A stretch of 64,000 bases of DNA. It comes from a virus. Its lineage: Duplodnaviria; Caudoviricetes. This document shows, one piece after another, positions 55,464-63,756 of the stretch. Under the pieces are notes generated by a model. It was not told the DNA's origin. It worked only from the letters and a program-made list of their open reading frames with translations, and searched no databases. The stretch's first letter is position 1. Every line of letters begins with the position of its first letter. A program made the position numbers and the translations under genes. The stretch covers positions 38,496 to 102,495 of the IMG/VR virus record IMGVR_UViG_3300013121_000028, one strand, 5' to 3'.

Positions 55464-56372
55464 TTAAGCTTTAACTGCTTTACCCGCAATCATTTTATAT
55501 GCAACAAAAGAACCAATAGCGATTACACCTATTGCAACAATTCCAAATGTTACAGGCGACATACCTAATATTTTTGTTTCTTCCTTATCCTTATCTTTAT
55601 CCTTCAACGATTCAAGTTCCTTATCTGTTGGTGCTTCACCAAATGGAACTCCCGAAGTATTTCTATTAACCAATACATTTACTAAATTGGTTATTTCGTT
55701 AAGAACACCACGACCACCTTCTGATGAAATCCAATCCTTGAAACCTTTTTTGCTACCACTTTGTTCATAGGCTTTTTTCATTGTTTCAGCATCAACCATA
55801 TCAACATTTGGGTCGCTTATTTTTGCTAAAGCATCTTCATCAGGTGCTATTGTTATACCTGAATAAGCTTCATTAGTATTATATTTTAAAGGTGCGTTCA
55901 ATAACGAACCTGAATCAAGTTTATCAGAGTTTAATAAATCATATCCAAATCCTGTTGCTCCTGAAAACTTAGATGCTAAAGCACCTTCAGGAACACCTGA
56001 TAATCGTTTTTGAGCTTGTGCAATTAAATCAGATGCACCGATTGCTGTATAATGATTTTTATTTTTAAGAATAAAATCATAATAAGGAGAAACGGTATTA
56101 GCAGGTATCATTTCTGATGTTGAACGACCTAACTTTTGTAACACCAACATTTTTTGTGGCTTACCAACAAGTTTACCTTTTTTATCTTTAGGTAAAAAAT
56201 ATGAAATATACCCTTGAACTTTTGTTCTTGTGTCCATTAAGGTATTTCCTATCTTGATTAATTTTGATGGTTTACCACTTGTGGTTTTATATCTGAATGT
56301 TGAATCTGTTGTTATCCAAAGATTATCAGGTGCTTTTTCAATTTCTGCTACTACTGTTTTAGTTGTTCCCAT
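55464..56372 (-). CDS. GMPK-anchor family membrane protein (divergent)
   Basis: TKILGMSP + TM + YKM..K. Confidence 0.7.
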   Translation of the reverse strand: MGTTKTVVAEIEKAPDNLWITTDSTFRYKTTSGKPSKLIKIGNTLMDTRTKVQGYISYFLPKDKKGKLVGKPQKMLVLQKLGRSTSEMIPANTVSPYYDFILKNKNHYTAIGASDLIAQAQKRLSGVPEGALASKFSGATGFGYDLLNSDKLDSGSLLNAPLKYNTNEAYSGITIAPDEDALAKISDPNVDMVDAETMKKAYEQSGSKKGFKDWISSEGGRGVLNEITNLVNVLVNRNTSGVPFGEAPTDKELESLKDKDKDKEETKILGMSPVTFGIVAIGVIAIGSFVAYKMIAGKAVKA

Positions 56373-56404
56373 TGTGATTTTTATTTTAAATTTTTTATTT
56401 TAAT

Positions 56405-56647
56405 CTATGATTTCAAAAACTTTTTGAAGCTTGGTAAACCTGTGTCGTTTGAATTTGTTTCGTATGCTACATATCCACCAACAACAGCACCAATCAACGT
56501 ACAAAAAATAATTTTCTTCCTTATTATTAGCCCTGTAATTCCACCTATCAACGCCCCCACAATCGCACCGTTTCTATATATTTCAAATTCCTTATTTGGC
56601 TTATCAACAAAGTTGGAAATTTTTTTATCTTTTTTACGCCTTCCCAT
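56405..56647 (-). CDS. small glycine-zipper 2-TM protein
   Basis: GAIVGALIGGITG and IGAVVGGYVAY. Confidence 0.65.
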   Translation of the reverse strand: MGRRKKDKKISNFVDKPNKEFEIYRNGAIVGALIGGITGLIIRKKIIFCTLIGAVVGGYVAYETNSNDTGLPSFKKFLKS

Positions 56648-57537
56648 TAATTTATATTAACATTCTTTTGTTGATTAATCAAGTTGTTATTCAAGTTGGA
56701 ATTATTATTTTGCATAGGTTGAACTTGAATTTGTATGCCATTTGCAACCTGATTTTGTGGCATTGGTTGAATAACGGGTGTTTCGGGTAACAAAACATCA
56801 GAAGAAACATTGTAAGCGGGGTCATTTACATGGTCAAAAAGTGGTTTATTAACTTGATTGTTTTGTTGTAAACCACCTCCATTTTCCATAACACCACCTA
56901 CTTTTTGTGTTTCTATTGATGGGATTTCATTAGTGGGATTAAATTCAAGTTTTTTATTACCTGTATTTAGACTTTCTGCCCTTAATTTATCCTCTTTTAT
57001 TTTATTAAAATGTCGGTAAATTAAATATCCCGCAACTCCGACTGCAACTATACCAAATATCCAAAGAACGGTATTGTCTTTTTTATTAAGTGGTCTTGTT
57101 ATATCACCGACAACCGATGATTTTAACTCAACCATGTCAAGTGTTTTCTTTCTGAACAGTTTTTCCATTCTTGGATTCTGTTCAAAGTAGTTGGCTATTT
57201 GCTCAATCCCCTTTTTTATTCCGTCAATTAGTTTTACCCAATTAACTTTAGGGTTTTTACCAACCACATCATTATTTTGCCCAATCAAAAACGCTAAACC
57301 TCTAACAAACTTTTCATTTTTCTTCATCTCACGAAGAACTATATCCAATAATTCTTCAAAAGACTCTTTTTTATTATGCTTTACTTTTATTTTTTCAAGC
57401 AATGAGAAAAATTCATCGGGTTTATGTGTAAGTAAATCACTTAATTCACTACGAAATATATCAAGCGACATATTCATATCGCCTATCTTAAAACTTTTGA
57501 GAAAGTTTTTATATAAATCGTGCTGAACCCAAATCAT
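56647..57537 (-). CDS. membrane protein with central TM
   Basis: helical N-domain, TVLWIFGIVAVGVAGYLIYR, N/Q-rich tail containing MENGGG. Confidence 0.65.
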   Translation of the reverse strand: MIWVQHDLYKNFLKSFKIGDMNMSLDIFRSELSDLLTHKPDEFFSLLEKIKVKHNKKESFEELLDIVLREMKKNEKFVRGLAFLIGQNNDVVGKNPKVNWVKLIDGIKKGIEQIANYFEQNPRMEKLFRKKTLDMVELKSSVVGDITRPLNKKDNTVLWIFGIVAVGVAGYLIYRHFNKIKEDKLRAESLNTGNKKLEFNPTNEIPSIETQKVGGVMENGGGLQQNNQVNKPLFDHVNDPAYNVSSDVLLPETPVIQPMPQNQVANGIQIQVQPMQNNNSNLNNNLINQQKNVNIN

Positions 57538-57542
57538 AAGAT

Positions 57543-58085
57543 TTATGCCAACTTACGGTTTGTTAAAGCAATAACACCAAACACAAGTGCCAATGAACCA
57601 ACAATGATTAAAGGCATATTATCTTTGATTTTTTCTTTTATTTGACCGCCATCAAAACCTGACTTCATAGCATTACAACCATTACAATCTGATTTTTCAG
57701 CATCAAATCCTGAACCACAACAATTAGATGTTTGTTCATTATTTACTCCTGATGTTTGTTCACCACCACAACCTGATGTTTTTGTTGCTACTTTAATGTT
57801 TTGAGCAATATTTTCAAGTTCTGATTTTGTTGGAACATCATTATTTATAATTGAACGAGGTTCAACTTCAGTATTTTTGTCCAAAGAAAATCTCCAAGCA
57901 AATAAATCCTTATCGGGATGTATGTCAGCAATATCTTTCATGAAATCCTCACGGAATTTCAACAAAAGATAATTTACTTTTTTCCACAAATCACCTTGAT
58001 TTTTTGCGGGAGATAAACCATACTTAACAACCAACCTTTGTAGTTCAGGTTGTTTAGTCATAAAAACATAACGTATAGTATTCAT
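57543..58085 (-). CDS. C-anchored membrane protein directly downstream of the capsid candidate
   Basis: IHPDKDLF helical domain, six tandem S[GND]xx[G]-like motifs, C-terminal TM. Confidence 0.65.
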   Translation of the reverse strand: MNTIRYVFMTKQPELQRLVVKYGLSPAKNQGDLWKKVNYLLLKFREDFMKDIADIHPDKDLFAWRFSLDKNTEVEPRSIINNDVPTKSELENIAQNIKVATKTSGCGGEQTSGVNNEQTSNCCGSGFDAEKSDCNGCNAMKSGFDGGQIKEKIKDNMPLIIVGSLALVFGVIALTNRKLA

Positions 58086-58101
58086 AAGTGTTTTTTTTAT
58101 T

Positions 58102-58150
58102 AAAAAGAAAAAGGCAAAGCAATTTGAATAAATCGCCTTGCCTTTTCTTT
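58102..58150 (-). terminator. intrinsic terminator downstream of the capsid candidate
   Basis: on the - strand, GGCAAGGCGATTT-ATTC-AAATTGCTTTGCC hairpin plus T tract; the two mismatches are G-U wobbles only on the - strand. Confidence 0.85.
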
Positions 58151-58175
58151 AAGGTTAATCTATACCTACTAATTA

Positions 58176-59000
58176 TTACTTATTAGCAGGGTCAATCATC
58201 AAATTCTGACCGATTCCAAGTGGTGCAGGTGCAAACATTGGCACAGCAACAGGAACAGCAGGATTTGCGTAAACTTGTTGTTGGTCTTGACCGTTCAAGT
58301 TACGAGCAGGATTAACTTTCTCCGCAGGGAAGAATGTGTAAGTCGCTGTTGTATTAGCTAAGATTGGGAATGTCAAGTAAGTATTACCATCAATCTTCAC
58401 AGGATACGGCACATCCAAAATTGTGCTTTGGAATTGGTTCGCTGAGAAATAAGACTGAGTGATGATAGGAATTTGACATAATTGACCGTTAGCATCCTTG
58501 CTTGTAAGTGTCAAGATTTGAGTAATCTGCGACGGGTTAGAAGTTTGGATACGAATCAATGATGTTTCAAACGGCTGACTTGCAGATTGTTGTAACAATT
58601 CAAGGTAAGATACGTTTGATTGAGCAGGAGTAACAGTTACACCAACTGACGAACCGAAGTTGTTAGTTAATAAGTAAGTGTTTAAGCCAAACAAAATACA
58701 AGTAAGAGTACCTGCGGTAGTGTTTGTTACGTTTACTTGGTAAGGAGTCGGTTGTTTAGCAGGAACAACGGCAGGGCTTCCGCCATTTGCACTATAATAA
58801 CCATTTCCGTAACCATTTCCACGATAAGCCATAGGGCTACCGTAACCGTAAGCTCCACCTTGATAAGCACCTGTGAAACCACTTTGCATCATTGGAGGAT
58901 TTTGACCATAAAAGTTAAGGTCTAATTCACCATCTCCGATTGCATTAGAGAATTGCTTCTCTGCGAATGACAAATATTTGTCAATGTTCATGTTTTTCAT
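58176..59000 (-). CDS. candidate major capsid protein (non-HK97, single jelly-roll-like)
   Basis: first large gene of the late block; has its own terminator; visibly C-ending/high-expression codon use; ~150 aa mostly-beta core with two paralogues in the window; G/Y-rich N-terminal arm. Confidence 0.55.
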   Translation of the reverse strand: MKNMNIDKYLSFAEKQFSNAIGDGELDLNFYGQNPPMMQSGFTGAYQGGAYGYGSPMAYRGNGYGNGYYSANGGSPAVVPAKQPTPYQVNVTNTTAGTLTCILFGLNTYLLTNNFGSSVGVTVTPAQSNVSYLELLQQSASQPFETSLIRIQTSNPSQITQILTLTSKDANGQLCQIPIITQSYFSANQFQSTILDVPYPVKIDGNTYLTFPILANTTATYTFFPAEKVNPARNLNGQDQQQVYANPAVPVAVPMFAPAPLGIGQNLMIDPANK

Positions 59001-59195
59001 TTTCTAAATTTTTTAGAATTTGTTTTCTTGTTTTTATTATTTTGTTTTTACAGTATTATATTATGAACAAGATTTCAACATAATATTAGTGCTGTGTGTT
59101 TTTACCGATTTTTTATTTTTGGGTTAATTTAACCTGATGAACGACTAACATCAAATAAACCAACCAACTTTCCTTAACTTAATCAGTCTTACTGA

Positions 59196-59288
59196 TTATT
59201 TGTCAAGAAATTTCTCTTTTGCAACGATTAAACCAACAGTAAGAACTGCGGTGATAACTGCTGTCATAACTACTTCTTTTGTAAACAT
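59196..59288 (-). CDS. 30-aa single-TM protein (not in ORF track)
   Basis: translated by hand: MFTKEVVMTAVITAVLTVGLIVAKEKFLDK; A-rich leader. Confidence 0.6.
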   Translation of the reverse strand: MFTKEVVMTAVITAVLTVGLIVAKEKFLDK

Positions 59289-59330
59289 TGTTTTTAGTTT
59301 TTAATTAAACAATAATTGAATTAACGAAAT

Positions 59331-59338
59331 CAAAATTA
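59331..59338 (-). promoter_or_regulatory. possible TAnnTTTG promoter of the late block
   Basis: TAATTTTG on the - strand in the divergent gap, about 40 nt before the first late ORF. Confidence 0.4.
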
Positions 59339-59492
59339 GGATATGTTTATTGTATGTTAAAAAGATTATCCTGACAGGATTTCGCATTTCTGTAAAGTTT
59401 GCTTAATTTTAAAGAGGTTTTGTTGTAAAGAATAAAATTTAAACGACACAGAAATTATTTTAAAAAATAACTTAAAAAGCAAAAAACAAGCT

Positions 59493-60206
59493 ATGTTTAC
59501 ACAATCAAATGTTACAAAAGGACACAGAGTATTAGTAGGCTCATTGACAAGTGATAAGAAAATTTATTGTCAAGATGATTTTATTGGATTAATGAAATCG
59601 CTTACATATCCTCACAAACAGCTACTTATAGTTGATAATAGCGAGGAGAGAAAAAATCATAAACGCATTATGAAAGATGGTATTAATTCTATTCATGTTA
59701 AGCCTAATAATAAAAAAATTCATAAGGTAATTGCTGAGAGCCACGAAGAAATAAGGAAGTATATGCTACGACATAAATTTGATTATTTACTTCACCTTGA
59801 GAGTGATGTGTTTCCACCGATAGATGTTATTCAAAGATTATTAATTCATGATTTACCAATAGTGTCCGCCATGTATATGATTGAGTTTGGTCATGATAGT
59901 CATTTAATGGCACAGGAAATGGAAACATTCGGTAGTATTAGAGAAACAAGGAACTTGAAAGATGGTCAAGACTTGAATTTTATTAACGGTAAATTAAAAC
60001 CTATTTTTCATTGCGGATTAGGCTGTGTATTAATAAGAAGGGATGTACTTGAACAGATACAATTCAGATGGGAAGAAGGTGCTACAATTCACCCTGATGG
60101 ACATTTTGCTTTTGATACCGACCAATTAGGTTATCAAAAATTTATTGATACATCTATATTATGTGAACATCGTAATAGTGAGTGGGAAGTTGATTTACAA
60201 CATTAA
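59493..60206 (+). CDS. GT2-like glycosyltransferase
   Basis: LIVDNS...YLLHLESDVFPP...CGLGCVLIRRDVLE...PDGHF. Confidence 0.8.
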   Translation: MFTQSNVTKGHRVLVGSLTSDKKIYCQDDFIGLMKSLTYPHKQLLIVDNSEERKNHKRIMKDGINSIHVKPNNKKIHKVIAESHEEIRKYMLRHKFDYLLHLESDVFPPIDVIQRLLIHDLPIVSAMYMIEFGHDSHLMAQEMETFGSIRETRNLKDGQDLNFINGKLKPIFHCGLGCVLIRRDVLEQIQFRWEEGATIHPDGHFAFDTDQLGYQKFIDTSILCEHRNSEWEVDLQH

Positions 60207-60246
60207 TTATCAATAATAATTATTTTAAAAAATAATCAAATAAATT

Positions 60247-60504
60247 ATGATGAAAGAAGAAATAATAGACGATAAATTATTAAATAAAATAATTCGCAAG
60301 AAAGTTCTTTGGGCTGAAATAAAATCTAAAGAACAGGAATATACAAGGATACAAAAACAAATTAACGAACTTGAACAAGCCAAAAAGGACATAAGCTTTG
60401 AGGTTCAGAAAAGGATTGATGAATCTCAAAAAATTACAGAATGGTTAGACCAAAAAGAATACGAATCATTAAAGAATCAAACAAATCAGAATAACAACAA
60501 TTAA
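60247..60504 (+). CDS. coiled-coil hypothetical protein
   Basis: heptad-rich 85 aa. Confidence 0.55.
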   Translation: MMKEEIIDDKLLNKIIRKKVLWAEIKSKEQEYTRIQKQINELEQAKKDISFEVQKRIDESQKITEWLDQKEYESLKNQTNQNNNN

Positions 60505-60510
60505 ATTTTT

Positions 60511-60780
60511 ATGAAATCGAAGCAAATCCAAAAATTATCACCATCAAGAATTATCAAAAAGGTAATTGATAACACAAAAGAACACTTAAACTACACAGAC
60601 AAGAAGTTACTTCACAACAATGCTATATTAGAAGGAATATTAAGGGACTTTAATATGAATGAGCCTGTTAAATCAGCGTTTAAGAACATCATTGACAACA
60701 ATAATAAGATAATTAGCGAAAACGCTTTGTTTAAAGCTGTTGAAGTAATAATAAATGTTGATGAAGAAGATTGTAATTAA
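60511..60780 (+). CDS. hypothetical protein
   Basis: 89 aa ORF. Confidence 0.5.
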   Translation: MKSKQIQKLSPSRIIKKVIDNTKEHLNYTDKKLLHNNAILEGILRDFNMNEPVKSAFKNIIDNNNKIISENALFKAVEVIINVDEEDCN

Positions 60781-60802
60781 TTATTATCAAAAATAATTAC
60801 TA

Positions 60803-61036
60803 ATGGAAGAAACAAAATTAAGAAGCCTTGTTAAAGGTATATCATGGCGATTACTCGGAACTATTGATACAATAGTAGTTTCGTTTTTATTAACGAGAAG
60901 AATTAGGGTTGCTTTATCAATAGGTTGCGTTGAGTTATTTTCTAAAATATTCCTATACTTTATACATGAAAGGATTTGGAATAAAATCAAGTTTGGAAAG
61001 AAACAAACCACTAATATAATTATAGAAGGAAAGTAA
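60803..61036 (+). CDS. DUF2061 family small membrane protein
   Basis: RSLVKGISWRLLGTIDT...K..LYFIHERIWNKIKFG. Confidence 0.9.
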   Translation: MEETKLRSLVKGISWRLLGTIDTIVVSFLLTRRIRVALSIGCVELFSKIFLYFIHERIWNKIKFGKKQTTNIIIEGK

Positions 61037-61043
61037 ATTTTTT

Positions 61044-61394
61044 ATGATTAACAAAATAATAAAGGTGCTTTGTTCGCACCGATTTCCATTAATTATAGAA
61101 AAAGAAACACAGAAGGTTATCGAGGAAAGGTTTTTAGAAAATGAAATACCTTTTATCAAAGAACATCGTTTAGATGCACAAAACATTCCCGATTTCTTTA
61201 TTGATACTGAAGGCATTGCTATTGAGGTTAAGGTAAAAGGTAATGCAAAGAAGATTTACAAACAATGTGAGCGTTACTGTAAATTTGATAGTGTAAAAAA
61301 ATTAATACTTGTAACAAACAAGAGTATGGGGTTTCCTAAAGAAATTAACGGGAAAGACTGTTACTTTATAAACATTGGAAAAGCGTGGCTATAA
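61044..61394 (+). CDS. PD-(D/E)XK nuclease-like protein
   Basis: E...Q...KEHRL...IPDFF...IAIEVK...Q..RY. Confidence 0.75.
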   Translation: MINKIIKVLCSHRFPLIIEKETQKVIEERFLENEIPFIKEHRLDAQNIPDFFIDTEGIAIEVKVKGNAKKIYKQCERYCKFDSVKKLILVTNKSMGFPKEINGKDCYFINIGKAWL

Positions 61395-63055
61395 GAACAT
61401 ACGGAAAAATATATTTAAGTGAGGATAAAAAACATTGGCTTATAAATAATGCTGAACCTCATATTTGCATAAAATTAAAAGCTATATTCACTAAAATAGC
61501 CAAAGGTCAAACTCAACCATTCAAATTCATTAATAATGATGAAAATTGCCGAGAGTTATTATGGTTTACTGAGCGTTACCCTTTACAGGTTAGTGATATT
61601 GATTTAAACTTATTAAAAAAAGGTAAAAACAAACATATAAGCACGGTAAATGATTTGGAGGCTATATTATTACCTGATTATAAACCACAAGTAGTTAAAC
61701 TGAACGACCCATACGAAGCGAGAAATTATCAATTAACAGGTTGCGAAATTTACCTAAAGTGTAAACGCATATTAATTGGAGATGATATTGGTCTTGGAAA
61801 AACACTTATCGGTATCATATCATGTTTAGAGAAGGTTACACGCCCTTGCGTTGTAACAGTACAAACACATTTACCTAAACAATGGAAAGAAGCTATTGAA
61901 CAATTTACAAATCTTAAAGTACATATAATAAAAGGTACTCGCCCATACGATTTACCCGAAGCTGATGTTTATATAACAAAATACTCTTGCCTTGCAGGTT
62001 GGTCAAATGTATTTGAAAAAGGAATTTTCAAATCTGCAATTTTTGATGAAATTCAGGAATTGAGGCACGATGGAACAGGAAAATATAATGGAGCTATGGC
62101 ATTATCAGATAATGTTGAATATGTTTTAGGTTTAAGTGCTACACCAATTTATAATTACGGTGATGAAATTTTTAATGTACTAAGCATAATTAAGAAAGGA
62201 TGTTTGGGATACCACGATGATTTCATGAGGGAGTGGACAGGTTATAGTAAAATTGTAAAAGAACCACAAGCACTCGGAACTTATTTGCGTGAACAATTAT
62301 TAATGTTACGTCGTACCCGTAAAGAAGTTGGCATGGAACTTCCGCCAATAAATAAAATAGTTCATACAGTTGGTTACGATGAAGGTGAAGTAGAAAAAGC
62401 AGATGAACTTGCAAGAAAATTAGCTATAAAAGTTACAACAGGTTCTTTTGAAGAAAGAGGACAGGCTTCACGGGAGTTAGATATGTTAGTACGACACGCT
62501 ACGGGTGTGTCAAAAGCAAAAAATGTAGCTGAATATGTAAAAATGTTACTTGCAAATGGTGAACCTATTGTGTTGGCGGGTTGGCATAGGGATGTTTATG
62601 AAATTTGGTTAGAAGAATTAAAAGAATTTAATCCTGTTATGTTCACAGGTACAGAATCACCTGCTCAAAAAGAAAAAGCAAAAATGGCTTTCATTAATGG
62701 TGAAACAAATTTATTTATAATATCTTTACGTTCAGGTATAGGATTAGATGGTTTACAAAAAAGAAGTAATATAGTTGTTGTAGGTGAATTAGATTGGAGT
62801 CCAAAAATACATGACCAATTAATAGGGCGTTTAGATAGAGATGGTCAGGAAGAACAAGTAACAGCTATTTATTTAGTTAGCGAATACGGCTCTGACCCGT
62901 TAATAATTGATATGCTTGGAATTAAAGCATCTCAATCACACAACATTATAAATCCATTACAAGCGGTTGAAGAACAATATACAGATGAAAGTCGTATTAA
63001 GTTATTAGCCCAAAAATATTTAAGTAAAAAAGGTATTGAATCTTATGGACTCTGA
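61385..63055 (+). CDS. SNF2-family helicase/translocase
   Basis: GDDIGLGKT, IFDEIQ, GLSATP, LRRTRKEV, GIGLDG, QLIGRLDRDGQ. Confidence 0.93.
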   Translation: MAIRTYGKIYLSEDKKHWLINNAEPHICIKLKAIFTKIAKGQTQPFKFINNDENCRELLWFTERYPLQVSDIDLNLLKKGKNKHISTVNDLEAILLPDYKPQVVKLNDPYEARNYQLTGCEIYLKCKRILIGDDIGLGKTLIGIISCLEKVTRPCVVTVQTHLPKQWKEAIEQFTNLKVHIIKGTRPYDLPEADVYITKYSCLAGWSNVFEKGIFKSAIFDEIQELRHDGTGKYNGAMALSDNVEYVLGLSATPIYNYGDEIFNVLSIIKKGCLGYHDDFMREWTGYSKIVKEPQALGTYLREQLLMLRRTRKEVGMELPPINKIVHTVGYDEGEVEKADELARKLAIKVTTGSFEERGQASRELDMLVRHATGVSKAKNVAEYVKMLLANGEPIVLAGWHRDVYEIWLEELKEFNPVMFTGTESPAQKEKAKMAFINGETNLFIISLRSGIGLDGLQKRSNIVVVGELDWSPKIHDQLIGRLDRDGQEEQVTAIYLVSEYGSDPLIIDMLGIKASQSHNIINPLQAVEEQYTDESRIKLLAQKYLSKKGIESYGL

Positions 63056-63746
63056 ACGTGAACGAAGAATAGAGAAAGCCCTAAAGATAAGGGAACTTGC
63101 TAACAGGGGAATAGGTGGCGAGAAATCTTCGGCTATGCAAAGGTTGAAGGAGTATCTTGAAAAATACAATATAACACATGAAGAACTTAATTCATTCCAA
63201 AATATTGATAATGATTGGTGGAGAAATTTAAGCAGAGAAGAACGTGGTGGTAAATTTGCTAATTGGTTTAAGCGTTCTGTTACTACATTTAGGGGTAGAA
63301 CTATGATTTTCTACCACAAAAGTCGCTCTGAGGAAAATTTCTTTGAATTTGACCATAATAAAGGAATGAAGTTGTATGAAGATGAAAACTATGGATTTCA
63401 CTTTGTTAATGAGGAAGATAAAGGAACTGTTCAGCATTTAGGTCAGAGGTATTATTTTGATAAATATATTGATGGAGTGGATTTTACCGTTTATTTAAGG
63501 ATACTAAACCCATATTATATTTATTCAAGATTAGATGGGGAGTGTTATGGTCAGAACGGAGAACCCCGCAAACCGATAGTAACCGATAAAAAGTTAGCTG
63601 ACTTTGTTTTGGCTAATGGATATGATTCTGTTATTATTCAGGATGAAGGCGGAGTAAATGTTTATATTGTGTATGACCCAAATCAAATAAAATCAGTAAG
63701 AAATAATGGTGAGTATTCAACCGAATGTAACAACATAATGTGCTAA
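63045..63746 (+). CDS. DUF2786-like N-terminal hairpin fused to ADP-ribosyltransferase-like (ART-PolyVal-type) domain
   Basis: KIRELANRGIGGEKSSAMQRLKEYLEKYNIT; FYH.S...F..FD...GFHF...VYLRILNPY...GYDSVII...YIVYDPNQIKSV; start placed at ATG 63045. Confidence 0.7.
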   Translation: MDSERERRIEKALKIRELANRGIGGEKSSAMQRLKEYLEKYNITHEELNSFQNIDNDWWRNLSREERGGKFANWFKRSVTTFRGRTMIFYHKSRSEENFFEFDHNKGMKLYEDENYGFHFVNEEDKGTVQHLGQRYYFDKYIDGVDFTVYLRILNPYYIYSRLDGECYGQNGEPRKPIVTDKKLADFVLANGYDSVIIQDEGGVNVYIVYDPNQIKSVRNNGEYSTECNNIMC

Positions 63747-63756
63747 TAATTTAATA

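Noticed and set aside
37736-56372. CRISPR array or insertion-sequence repeats
   Set aside because: The repeats are in-frame coding motifs with irregular spacing and synonymous variation; no cas or transposase genes
14883-59288. Conventional tailed-phage head-tail module
   Set aside because: No terminase Walker/RNase H motifs, portal, HK97 capsid, sheath, tube or long helical tape measure recognised; fibre-like genes alone do not establish a tail. Very divergent versions cannot be excluded without structure searches
701-63437. Many 60-170 aa ORFs antisense to or nested in longer genes (e.g. 3370-3738, 12525-13025, 44299-44682, 57191-57526)
   Set aside because: They are shadows of real genes, have no motifs, and break the clear strand-block organisation
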